Below, piece by piece: positions 1 to 14,239 of a DNA stretch of 64,000 nt (its first letter is position 1; every line of letters begins with the position of its first letter). A program made the position numbers and the translations under genes. The DNA comes from Antedon mediterranea (lineage: Eukaryota; Animalia; Echinodermata), in contig NC_092671.1 in NCBI RefSeq assembly GCF_964355755.1, forward strand, positions 14,198,001 to 14,262,000, read 5' to 3'. The notes beneath the pieces are model-generated. The model did no database searches. It was not told where the DNA came from and worked only from the letters and a program-made list of their open reading frames with translations.

Positions 1-356
1 TGAAGTACATATGTAAAATTGGTAAAAAAATCGGTATGAGATAGACCAGTTAGGCATATTTACCATTAATGTATGTCCGCTGTTGGTCTTCTAGTTTGAA
101 AAGAGCACTAATTCAAGAAAAAGAAAAGAATAAAACACTACAAAACCATTTTGGATACTGGCTTGATTTATGTTTTAATTTGGAATTACATTTATATTGT
201 GAAAGTACTGTATTGAAATCATCTAATAATATAAAATTAAAGCATATTAACAAAGTGTTGAAACCAGTAGAAATGTTTTGGAAACACAATCCATCTAACA
301 GTAAGAATTGTCTTTGAATTTTAGCGTCATTATCTGTATTTTATACCTAATTTTAG

Positions 357-582
357 ATCGAATTGAGGACATAAAGGAGGTTCGAGTAGGTCATGAAACA
401 GACACCTTCAAAGCTCGCAGTGGATACCCGAAAGAGACATGCTTCTCTGTAATAGTTGGCGTGAACAATAAGACCATCAACTTAGTGGCACGATCTGCAG
501 ATGATGCTAAAATCTGGATTGAAGGCTTAAAGTTTGCAATGCGCCACTCACAGGCAATTGATATTCACAAACAACAACAAGT
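357..582 (+). CDS. PLCD: PLC-delta exon, C-terminal half of PH domain ([17 protein letters not shown]...WIEGLK...QQQ)
   Basis: ttttag acceptor at 351-356; PH motifs IKEVR, CFSVI, INLVA, IWIEGL; ends at U12 donor GTATCCTTT (583). Confidence 0.92.
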
Positions 583-3500
583 GTATCCTTTAATTAATAT
601 ACAGTTTATCGATATACTCACAACATTTTATTGTTTTGAATATAAGTTATACGTCCAGATTTTAAACGAAACACAGTAGGTGAGCCTAAGTCTGTATAAT
701 ATTATTTATTGTATCATTTACTTGCAGTAACATGTAACAAAATAGTGGTAGCAAGGTGGGTAGTGGGAGTTATATGAGTCATAGAATCTCTTCCTGCTTT
801 GACTTAACTAGGGCATTTCTCGCCTGATGTTGACCTGGGTCAGGTTTTCTGTCAACTATGTCTATTACATAGATGATATCTTTATTTAGGAAAAAAAAAA
901 AAATTTGTAAATAAATTGAATTATAAAACTATTACCATATTTGGACATACTTTGCTTTGCCTTTTTCAGTTTAGTTTCTTTATGGTTGTCAGCCTGTTTT
1001 ACCATTTCATTGCAAAGTATATGAATAATAATTGGCAAGGTTTTCATCAAAAGCCAAGTGTTCTCCCCAGGATTTTCATCAAGCGTCACGCTTCCGCCCA
1101 CTTCCGGGGCATTCCGAAACTAAGTACTTGAGTCACAGCCCCACCATGGTTGGGGCAGTGGTGAAGCGATTTTTGGTAATTTACACCCTAGATGGCCGGA
1201 AATGGTACTCTCGCACATAACATTTATGTTGAGTGACACCTCTAGTTTGGCCGGAAATAACACTTATAGCGCGCTAGTAAACAGCAAAACGATCGTAGCC
1301 TACTTTTCCGCCGGTAAACATACGCGAAGAAACATTTTTTTGCGTTCATTACGAACGTCAGGGGGAAGTCCTCAATGAAAAAAAATAGGCCTAAGCCTAC
1401 TCGTCAGTAGGACTAACTCTAGTTGGCCGGAAACAAAACTTTATAGCGCACTAGCAAACAGTAAAACCATCGTAGCATACTTTTTCCGCCAGTAAACATA
1501 CGCGATAAAAAAATGTTTTTGCGTTCAATACGAACGTCAAGGGGAATTCCCCGATGAAATAAAAAATGCCTACTCATCAGTAGGCAACTGTAGTTGGCCG
1601 GAAACGACACTTTATAGCGCGTTAGCAAACATTATTAAAACGATCGTAGCCTACTTTTTTTTTTCGCCGGCGGGTAAACATATGCGATAAAAAAACATTT
1701 TTTTTGCGTTCAATTACAAACATTGGGGGCAAGTCCCGATGAAATAAAACTAGGCCTACTCATTAGTAAGACACCTAGTTGCCCGGAAATAAGACTTCAT
1801 AGCGCACTAGCAAATAGGAAAACGATCGTAGCCTTCTTGAATGCATTATACGATCAAAGCAGCTAGCATTGAATTGCGCCTAGACAATCACGCCTTTGTC
1901 ATTTGATGATGTGCGTATGTTACCGACGAAAGAGTAAATCCCACCGATAGAGTCGATTAATTCAGTGTGATATTGAAAATAATAATATCATTGATATTTA
2001 TTTTTAATACACATAACATTTTTACAAGAAAAACAATACAATCAATCATTTACTTTATTTACAATATACAAGTTACCACATTTTAGACAACAGCCAATAC
2101 TAGAGATCGAAAGAGAGACATGGCAGTAACAAAACAAGTGTTTACATCTCTCGGCGGCGGCCGGTGAAAGCGAGTCTCAGTTGTTTAACACTTTGTTACG
2201 CAGTCTTTTGTTTCTTTGGCTTATATCGTCTAGTGGTCATGTCACGTGCCTCGTATGCATTAGGCTCTTTCTGCATGCCGCGCCTCAGCTCTAGAGAAAG
2301 TACCTGCCTGTTAATCTATTTTTAGATTGGTTGTGGTTGATATTTTTAAGCGTCACGGATAAGGTTTTAAGCGTCACGGCCGACCGTAAAGCGTCACGGT
2401 AGAGAACCCAAGCGTCACGGTACCGTGACGCTTCAAAGGCCTGGGGAGAACACTGAAAGCCTTAATCTTTAAACGTATTCATACTGTAATTGTAATTCCT
2501 ATTTTTTGCTATATACTTTTATATTGTTGTTTTAATGACTGCCAATTCTTGTACCCTCTTACAAAGCTTGATATGTGCAAACTACCAGCTCTTTGTTTAA
2601 ATAGCATTAAAACTGCTGTATATCAAGATTGATATAATATATATATCACCAGCTTGCAAGTTCTACAATACATGTAATACAAAATGTTTAAAAACCTGTA
2701 TATGTATCAGATTTACTGTTTTATACTGGCCATTCTGAGTACTGGATTGTTTAGTTATAGGACTGCAAATCTATTCTAATCCATTCATAAACAGGGCCAG
2801 TGACTCACTCTTTCTATCTTCACTCCAACCCACCAATTTGGACAATTATAAACTATTTGCCAGACTATAAGAATTATATTATGATAAATCTGGCAACACT
2901 ACGGTGATACTAATTAACAGATAGTACAACATCTTATAGAATGTCATATATAAATTGCTTCTTTAACAATAACTTAGATGGATACGAGATTATTTCTTGA
3001 AAGCTGACACGAACAACGATGGCACTTTAGACTTTGATGAGTGCTTCAAACTTTTGAAGAAAATGAATATGAAAATTGAGAGATCTCATGCTAAGCATTT
3101 GTTTAAGGTTAGAAGATAATGCTTGTAAATTTGAAATGTAATAAGGATAATGAACATGATACGTTACAGTAATGTATGAATTTGTAATAACATACTTTAG
3201 TTTTTTATGTTAAATGCAGCATTATGTAGGTGAATAATATAATATATAATATAATATAATATACAGATAATACAATGTTTTTGTTTCATAACAGATCTAT
3301 ATTATGTTCAAGTTACCATGTTCTTATTTCATTACTAATATATATCGGGTCAAACACAGATTACATAGTTTGAAATTGTAATTAATGTATGTTTTTCTCT
3401 GTGGTTGTTGTATGAAATGGCAATGCATTAAATAAAAAAGAAAAAAAAAATCAAAATTAAAACCAGCCATTGTCGTCATCTCTGACATCTATCTCCTTGG

Positions 3501-6500
3501 TTATACATATCACAAAGAATATACTAATATCAGTATTTATTTTTTCTTAATTAGGAAGCTGATGTTAAAAAAAGTCAAACAGCCTCTGGAAAAGTGGTTG
3601 AGAATCGTCTTGACATTGATGAATTTGTTGCATTCTATAAGAAGATTACTAACAGGACGGAGATCAAAGAATTATTCAAGAAGTAAGTATTTAAAATATA
3701 ACATTTTTTAAACATATTTTGTTGCTGAGAGTCTATGGAATTATGGTACAGTACATCTCTCCTTTGGGAAGGCTATTCAGGAACCCCCCTTAATAATAAT
3801 ACATAATAATATGTAGTTTGTGTTTATAAAGAAAATGATAACATTTTTATTAATATACATTATGTCACAATCTATAAGATAATAATGTATTGTTAAGTAC
3901 TGATAAAGTAAGGGACAGGCTACTCTAAACAAAAAAAAGGAAGAGATATTGAAATAATCTTTGCGAAACTGACATTTGTACATAATCAAATCAAACAAAG
4001 TTTTAATTTAAATAAATATATTTATATTTAAGTCAATATTTGCTAAATGAAAACGTGAATTCTACAACTTAATGGTGGTAATTCTAACTGACTTAAGACC
4101 TAGGCTAGTCTGTATTGATTTCATAATAGAAAAGAGATATACTACTGTGTGCAGTGAATTAATTTATATTGAGATTAAAGAATACAGTACTTGTTCATGA
4201 TACAAGTCTATTCAGTTCAGAAATCAAATGTATGAACCAAATCGGTTACTTTGAAAATTCAGTAAATTTCTTGCAATGCATTTGTCTGGCTTGTAACTGA
4301 TAAAATCAGCAGACAACAAGAATTAAAGCGGGAAATTAACAAGTGATAGCAGACATTGATGCAGTACATGTTTAAATGTTTACCAATGACTTCTAATCAA
4401 GTTTGATAGCAACAGAGAAGACTTTCAATTCATGGGTTCAACCAAATTTACTACATGATTTTGGTATGTGGGTTGTTAGGGCCATAGGGAGTAATTATAA
4501 TCTTCCTCCCAAGTGTATAGTCCTACATAAATTAGGCATTTGGAGTGTTATGACTCTGCAACATCCAAACCCATATGTATGCAAGGATGACCTTCATGCT
4601 CAGTCTAGCCTACAGTACTGCCAGATTTATTCCGCTCACTTAATCGAAATCTCACATATAGTGAGCCAACAAAATGCATATAATTTCTATTAAAATAACT
4701 GAAAAAAATACATTACTTGAATACGTAAGAATTGCTTTATTCTCATGTTTTAACTATTTTCATTTTATGGATCAAGCTGAAATAATGTGATCATATTACA
4801 ATCTCTTAATAGAGTTATGTTAGGACTACAGAGTTGTATACATTTTAAACCAAATTGTTATACTAGTTATACACTTGGTACCAAATCAAAGAGTTACCAA
4901 AATAGACAATTGGTGCCAACGCAAGCGTTACCAAAATAGAAATTTGGTGCCAACCTAAGAGTTACCAAAATAGATATTTAGTGCCAACCCAAAAGTCCCC
5001 TAAATAGACATTTGATGCTAACCCAGGAGTTACCAAAATAGACATTTGGTGCCAACCTAAGAGTTACCAAAATAGAACACAAGAAATTTTGAAAATCATG
5101 TCAAAATAGACACTTGATGGCAATCCAAGAGTTTTTAAAATAGATACTTTTTGCCAGCCTAAAGTTTAAAAAATTTCTGTTAAATATTTCTTTATTATAG
5201 AAACTAAAACGAAACTAATTTGTTTGCCACACCCTCAAGTTACTTTGGTTTTTGATTTCTCAGCTTGTTTTCATACTCATTGTTCAGTTTTGAACAATGC
5301 TGTATTTTATTATTTGTGAGTGGGTGAATTTTGATGTATGTGAGCAATTTTTAGAAAGGACATTTATGTGTGTATGTATGCCATACCCTGAAGTTATTTA
5401 GATTTTGGTTTTGCCAGCATTTTTTCGTGGGAGTATTAGTTGACTTTGTGCTTTTGTATTCTATTTAATCTCATAGCTTTGTTACTCTTGAACAGAATAG
5501 TTCAATTTATTTTGTACTATTGTAGCTAGTATTACAGGTATTACCATTAGTTGAGATATGTTTACAGTTTCTTTCATAAAAGCCTGATTATAATTTCTAC
5601 TACCATCCATTCATTAGGTATTTATACTGTTATGTAGAAACTACAGTACCGTACCTAAATCTTGGTAACTTAATAATTATGTAGAATAGAATGATACTGA
5701 TTGAGTGTGTACAGTTAGTAGTCTTATTCAGTCAATGTGATTGGATAGCATACTAGAAATAGTAAATCCTTTTAAAATTTACTGCATACGTTATGGATTT
5801 TAAATGAATCTTTAAAATGTAGAATGACTTTTCATTTGTTAGTCTGTTTTAGAGGCCTTGTTGTTTATGTTGAAATAACAACTTCATGCCTCATTTATTA
5901 TTGTACTGTATTGTAAATGTAACTTTTAGATATTTATTTTAACCTAAATTTACTTATGAGAGTATTGTGTAGTAATGTAATTAAGTGTAAATGCTATCAC
6001 CACCTGTTTGTATAATATAGGAATTTTTAAATGGAACAGTTGGTTTACTTTTTATAATAAGATTGTTTGATGACACAATACTTAGCTTTTCTAACCTTGT
6101 TTTTGGCATAGCTTCAGTAACAATATTTTTAAAATATATGTTCAACAAAAAAAAAACAGCTTTTTATCAATCATCATAAATTAAATACCTATTTCCATTT
6201 TTTTTTCAAAATACATTTTAATATACATTTGTCAGTACGGTAAAGTGGTGTTAAATTAAAGTCATAATCCTCCATTTAGAATTCATGAACTATAAAACCT
6301 ATTTACCACAGTTTGTACTACATTGGACAAAATTCACAGTAAATATTTTTCATTTTTTCTACTATTTTATAGATACTCCGGTGATGATGATTACTGGACA
6401 GCAAGTGAATTTACTAAATTCATGCACGAATCACAAAAGGTAATTTTGAGAAAATGAACTTTGCTTTCTTATTTAGCTATGAGCTCGAAAGTAGTTTAAA

Positions 6501-9500
6501 TACACCGATTATATTAAAGTATATGGTTAGTCAAATGTCAGTTTTGAAACCTGAAAATGAAATTAATAATGAATTACAGTGTTGCAAGTTTTAGCCTTAG
6601 GTCATCAAAATTTATATTTCGATTTTTAAAATAATTTTCCAAATACAGAGGTAAAATATTTTCCATTCACTAACTAGACTATCTAAATTTTTTTGAATTT
6701 AAAGTTGGTGCCATATATTCTGGAATCTTGTTCATATTTTGCTATAGTATCAGTTGCATTACAAGTGATTTCACTTTACAAATGCATATGACATAGAGAT
6801 CGTATTACCTCATTAAGTACGGGTATTAAAGGGTCTGTTTCTGCTGCATAACGCAATTTAACCGGTTATTTTAAAATAGATTAAAAATAGATAACAATAA
6901 CAAGACCGCGTTTCTGCTCAATTTGTGCTCCGAAATAACCGGTTAAATCTATGGGTGGTCGTCGAGCAAAACGTCATCATTACCCAAAATGCAATACACT
7001 CAGACGGTAGTAGAAGTTGGCTGTTTGTTTACATCGACGTCGTGAGTACACACGTGTGTATTATATCGCCGAACATCTCACTCAAACATGTTAAAAAAAT
7101 AAAATGTTGTCTCCAGGTCTACAAGTTTTGTTTTTTGTAAAGCCTACTTACATCGCTAATAAAATTAATTCTCATGGCGCCTTCAATAACATGATGGGGA
7201 GGGTCGTGCAGCGCCCGATCGCCTAAACTAGGATAATTTTTATCCTCAACAAAGGCGATGACATACGGCCCTTCCCACGTGAACGACTGTTGTCTTTCGC
7301 GAGCGCGGTCCTACAAAACACCAAACGGAAACAAAAACGAGACTCAGAATGTTGCAATACTTACCAAACGAGAGTAGATAATTGTTAATTAATTATGAAA
7401 ACCCAACTTTTATAGCAAAAATCGTCCGAATTTATGTTAAAAACGATGAGTTTAGCCACAAAAACTTAAATCAAACGAGAGTATCCAAGTCATAGAATAT
7501 CGCACGCATATAGTGCCTTTAATAAAATAATGAGTATTGAACATTATTTCGTATATTTATGTACTAACATAAATAATAACACATTTCTATGCTTAATAAA
7601 ATCATATTTAATATATTATCAAAGGCTCTGATTACCTTTGTTTTCGGTCGATGTGATGTTTTTCTAAAAAATTATATTATGTAAAACGATCAAAGTAAGA
7701 ATGTTCATTGTTCTCCTATTAAAGGCACTAAGGGCATGCCATAAATACGCTCGTTTGGATTAAGTTTTTGTTGCTAAATTCATCGTTTATAACATAAATT
7801 CGGATGATTTTTGCTATAAAATTTGGGTTTTCATAATTAATTAACCATTATCTACTATCGTTTGGTAGGTATTTGCAACATTCTGAGTTCCTTTTGTTTC
7901 CGTTTTGGTGTTTATATAGGGGACCATCCATACCCTTCGCGAGCGTGTACTAACGCCTCAAATTGCTTAGCTTGGGTAGTCCCCGGAACTCCACCCCAAA
8001 CTCCTCTTTTACTTTCGCAAAAATGCTCTTATTTATTATCTGTGATTCTTTTCTATTCCATGCCATCCTTCCCCGTACTTTCTCTCCCCCCACAACTGAA
8101 TAACATATCTTGTGATTTCATTCATCCACATACATGTTCACTTCTTCGTTCGACTGTCAAAACCACGAGGAAAACACACATCGTATGCGACGGTATCTGA
8201 CCCGGGGTCACAACTGTCAATCAAATAACCGTTATTTCGTGTTGCAGCTAAGAATTGCTCAGTGATAACCGGTTAAACGGCGTTCTAACACCGATTTAAA
8301 TTGGTGTTTTTAACCGGTTATTTTGCGCTGCCTTTTAACCGGTTACCACAAATGTGTCCTGTTTCTGCTGCCAAGAAAATGGAGTTAATTTATTCACACT
8401 GATTTTAATTTATTCACACCGATTTTAACCGGTTATTTTCTATGCAGCAGAAACAGGCCCAAAGAACAAAAAATGTGAGTAGAATATATTACCTGTTCGG
8501 ATGTGTTGGAGGCAATAGCATTGTATAGAAATCATCTTATTCTTGATTATTTATTAGCGGATGAATAATAATATTAAGTTTAATTTATTATAGCGCAAAA
8601 TGGTCTCTAAAAGCTCAACAAAGAAAAGATAAAAATAATAATATCTATAAAAGTGGAACAATCTTGGACACTTTATGAGAATATCTCGATAGTTATTTTA
8701 TTACAATACATGATATTTTGAGCATGATTATTTCACACACAGCTAACCTGTATTCAACTGTTCACCAATAATCATTTTTACAACAATCTTTTTATAAACT
8801 TAGTCATTCAATTTTAATTTAATTAACATAAAAGTGGGACAAGTCCACAAAATACACACAAAAAATGTTGAAAAGAAAAAAAAACAGATCCACTGTCATT
8901 TTGTATTATAAAATACCTGAGGTACATGGCTCATTACCTTCCTGCTTGGTTGTCACTTTGTGTGTGACAATCAAAGCAAATAATACGTTTGTGGAACTAA
9001 AAGGTACAAATGTATAAATTCACATCAAGTAATGGTCAATTATATAACACAACACTCAAGTGTGAATGATAAAAGTGAGCACAACTTTTACACAAAGACA
9101 TACAGTATACAATTACTGTACGAACTAAATTGGCTAAGTTTCAGGGTTTTGACATACTATATCTACCTTTTACATAAAACTTCTGCAATTTCTCTAGCTA
9201 CAATATATTGGGTATTCACCTGTAACGATAACAGTTGTTCTCACTTTTTTATATTTGCAATGGAATTAGTGGGTGGAAAGAATAAATTGATCAATACACA
9301 ATTGTAGATTACAGGGAGTTGACAATTATTCTGTAACAATACTAGATATTTTTTAGAGCTATTATAAGTAATTAAAGCTTATAGATGTCAAGGAGATCCA
9401 CAATTTTCATTGTGTTATTTTAACACGTACAATATAATATAAGGTATTAAACTTGTTACCTAGAGCTATGGAAAATGTCACAGTTAATTTATATATAGGA

Positions 9501-12500
9501 AGAATTTTCAAAAAAAAAACAAAAAAAGTGCAGTAATTAAGTTATACAATTACATTGTGTTTAAAATAGAAATGAGAATAGATAGCTTTTGGTGACTGTC
9601 AGTAAGTTTGAATTGAAGATATTAAAATAAATGTATATACTATCTACAGGAGAATATTCACAACAGCACAGTGATTTAATGACAATTATTTACTGGTAAC
9701 TAATTTGTAAACAGTCTCTGAGAATAAGAAAAAGCACCTGCAGCCAAGTATCTTGAAAAGCTTAGTATAAAAAGTGTCTAAACAAACAGAAAAAATAGTC
9801 CATTGTTGGCGCTGCACTGTGGCTATCAAGGTTTCCACTTAAAAGAAAGACAATATTCATTTTTTCCTCTTTTCGATTTTAGAGACTTGATGTAAAAGAA
9901 GAATGGTGTTTAAATGTGATTGAGAAGTACGAACAAAAAGAAGTTTGCAGACAGAAAAAGATTCTTAGCTATGATGGTAAGTATCAGGGAACAGTTAAAT
10001 ATTAACTATTATAACTGTTGTAATTTAACTCTTCCCTGGTAAGTATAGTATAGGTAAAGCCTAATAATGGAATAAGCATTTATGGTTGGCTGTCTTTTAT
10101 TTAAAATTTGCAACATACAATATTAATTGGAATAAAGTAGTTAGCTTGTATGATCTTTTACTTTTTATGAACCATTTTAGTAAATGCTGGTAAGCTGAGA
10201 GAATAGGTTATTTACATTGAAAAGTCGCATTCAAATTAATTGATAAATACCACTTCTTTACATTTTTTCCCTATCTCAAAATCTCAAATAAGCAGCACAA
10301 AAAGGAATTGCATGCAATTGTAAAAATATAGAAAGTAAAGTTAATTGCTAAAATAAAAAAACAAATTAACATATATAATAAATTACATTGAAATGTCGCA
10401 TCAAATTAATTGATAAATTCCACTTTTTTACATTTTTTCCCCATCTCAAATAAGCAGAACAAAAAAATGTTATGCAATTTCAAACATATAGAAAGTTAAT
10501 TGTTAAAATAAAAAACAGATAAATATATTTTATAGATACTCCCAATTCCCTGTTTTTTTAAAAAGTTTTATATTATTTTAAATAATGTTTTCTTTACAGG
10601 TTTTGTCCTGTTCATGTTGGGGCCGAATGGATTAGTTTTCAATCCATATCATGATTCAGTTTACCAAGACATGACCCAACCTTTGACCCACTACTTCATA
10701 GCTTCTTCACATAATACGTAAGTACCTCACTAATTTTAATAACATCTTTTTTATTACCATTTATTTCTTTAGTATTACGTACTTATTTTCAGTTAATATA
10801 CAGAAATCTAAAGTGTAAATGTACCTGACTCGGTTTCATTAGCATCCTTTTAAAGTAGCAATATCTTCCTGGAAGTCTTACGACAAACCACTGTAATTGG
10901 AACATAATTATTTACCCAAAAACACTTAACCAGGTTATATACTAACATTTTATGACAAGTGGAAGCAATGAACAGCACCACCTCATATATAGTAGGACAT
11001 TACAAGCCAGTGGGTTATTATATTCTGAGGCAAAAGAGTCAACATATTTTTAGTATGAATTTTGTCGTTAAATAACTTAATTATTGGGTTTTTTTTCATT
11101 AAAAGCTGGAATGAAATATATTTATTATGTTCTTATTTACCTTCTCATTAAAATATTTGATTTTTCTTCACAGATATTTGTTAAGTGATCAGTTACGAGG
11201 ACCCAGCAGTACTGAGGCCTACATTAAAGCTCTTCAGAAGGGATGCAGATGTGTTGAATGTGAGTATTGCTTGAAAATGGTTAAATTCTCTTTTATTAAT
11301 TTAAAAAAATTGGCTTATCAATTATTATAAATGATTTTTGTTTTGCAAATTAACTTTGATTATAATTAATATACGTATTTATATAACAATGCCATTTTGT
11401 TTCTCAGAACCACTGATGATATATTATGTCATTTCAAGTTAGAAAGTTCATTTGGAAGAAGATATTTTGTTATGCAAATTAGCTATTAGTAATTAATATA
11501 AATATGTCTATATTGTTATAATTTATTGACATTTCTATTTCTTGGAAACCACTAAATGTATTTTGGAGGTATAAAAAATATAAAGTTACAATCATGTATT
11601 TTAATTGTTATGCAAATTAGCTTAATGCCTCGCCCTTATTGTATAGTTTGCAATTAATATAGTTTATATGTCTTCTGTGTATTTTCTTTCTACATCTAAC
11701 AGAAGCACTGAATATATTTAATATGACATTAATATTGCTTTTTATATTGAAACTAAAAAAAAATCATTGAAAATTAATATTAATCAAAAGCTTAATACAC
11801 CGTAAATATTGTTATTGTATGTAATCATTTTTAATAACAATCAATTAGGAATACAGTACTGATAATAGTAATATCATGGTAATAGAAAGGTTTTGCAATC
11901 TTACGAATACGATAACGAAAACGGATACGTCACGCACACGTATTCGTTTACGTAAGCCATAAAAAAATCTGTTTTGCATGGCAACGAAATATTGAGGCGC
12001 GTCCAAAATATGACTGCGGTAAATTTGAGCGAAGCGCAGGTACGTGTTGCTTGGTGCTTGGCTGCCTAGGCCTAGCGTAACATCAAAGCGAGTGAGGACT
12101 TTAAAAACTGCTATTTATCAAAATTGACTTGGCATTTTAGTAAATTACTTTAGTAAATTACTTTCAATAAATCTATATTTATATTATAATCATGAATCAT
12201 TCCTGATTCAAATGCAAAATGTGCAAAATAGATCAAAAACTATACTCGTTTTGTAGTTACGAATATGACTGGTGATATTCGTCAACACGAATACGCTTTA
12301 CGAATATGAAATGGGGATCAGCTCAAAAGTTTCACAAATGTATGACGTATCCGTTTTCGTTATCGTATTCGTAAGGTTGCGAAACCTCCCTAATATAACC
12401 CTGTGTGCACTGTAGATTATTAATAGATTATTTGTATTCAATAACTCAAGTGTCTTCAAATGGATATTTTGCATTTCAGTTATTTCCACATTAAATTGCC

Positions 12501-14203
12501 ACTTTCTCTTTCATGTCATGTAACTTTTGATTTTTAATTTAATAGTTAATAACAAAGCCAATTCTTTTTAAAATTATCTTCAGTGGATATTTGGGATGGT
12601 CCAGATAATGAACCAGTCGTCTACCATGGGCACACACTAACCTCCAAGATTCTTTTCCGTGATATCGTTGAGGTCATCAACAAGTATGCTTTTGTCGCTT
12701 CACAGTAAGTAAATCCATCAGTTATAATGTTTGTTCATTAGATTTTTTGTTTGTTTTTTATAACAGAACTTTCACTTATAGTTTCTCAACTAATTATCGT
12801 TTATTATAAGTTAGCAGTGATATTTAAAAAAAACAGCCATTACTCATAGCCATAAAAATCATTATAATTCAATACTGAAGGACTTTTATGTTTGTTAATA
12901 GCTTGTCACAAACCTGTACAAATTAAAAATGAAATATACACAAACAAGTTAATAATGATTTGCTTTTTTGAAGATGAATGCATTATTTAAATTAAGTAGT
13001 ATTTTTTAAGCAACTAAATGAGATTACAGATTTTTATAATATGGTTGTCTATTAAAGTGTATAGAGTACAGTGTTTACTTCATGAAAATTTATCAATTTT
13101 GTGAGCTATCGCTGTAATAGTCCTTAGAACCTATCTTAAGTATGATAGATGGTGATTGTTGGATTTTAGACAAACTCAACAAACACCTTCAAAGTGGTGA
13201 TTAATGGAAGTGTGTTTTTGACTGCCTAAGGCAATGAATTTAAATTGTGTTTTTATAAATATGTGTGATGGTAATATTATGCACAGCATAATCATTTGAA
13301 TTTTGTTTTTGTTGAAAAAAGGTAAAAGAATGTCTGGATACAGAATAATAATGTTATTTTTACAATCAGAAGGTTTATCGCAAATAGCGTGCACGCCGCA
13401 TGATGGGAAGGGTTTGGGAGCAAACGTCACGACACGTACGTACATGATTTGATGTTTGTATGTACGCGTCCTGACATTTGCTACCAAACCCTTCGCATTA
13501 TACACTGTGCAATGACGTTCAAGGGAAATCAAGCTATTTGCAATCTATAAGATGGTGTATTGACCAAGTCAATAAATATTTAAAGGATTTTCCTTACGTG
13601 AATAAATCACTTCTATAGATGTATTTTAAATGTGATTGTGTTTCTCCTTAGCCTAATAGGTGTGATTGGTCAATATTGCCACAGTATCCTCAGCTCATTT
13701 CATCATCCTAATCCCTATCATCGCCCTAATCCCTATCATCATCCTAATCCCTATGAGTGTGAACATTTAAATCATTGTATATTATACAGAAAACAGTGTT
13801 TCACAAAAATCACAACAGATCCTAATATCAGTGCTTTACGTCCATTTAGATATCCTGTTATACTGTCTCTTGAGAACCATTGCTCCGTCCCACAACAACA
13901 GGTAATGGCCAACATAATGCAGACAATCCTTGGAGGTAAGATTAAATCACCAAACATTTGATCTCAAAATATTAAGTTGTAATTGTTTATATTATTTATA
14001 TTGTTTATTCAATGCAGCTTATTCTTAATTGGCGTATCCCATTATAACTTTGTTTTGTTTTGTCTTTAATTAATTTGTACTATATTTTTGTATTGTATAA
14101 TAATGATGGAGTAAGAGCAGTTTTCTGTTTGGGCTCATGCCTACTACTTGCTCCTGGCAAGATGAATTGTAAAACGTACTTTTAAGAACTTTTGCTGAAT
14201 AAA

Positions 14204-14239
<36 letters not shown>

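Noticed and set aside
69-317. ORF ending at a phase-1 gtaaga donor (301), 56 nt before the PH exon
   Set aside because: No resemblance to the N-terminal half of a PLC PH domain, and the intron would be shorter than any other in the gene (minimum 89 nt).
581-582. Canonical GT donor for the PH exon
   Set aside because: It gives phase 0, incompatible with the next exon; the U12 donor at 583 fits.
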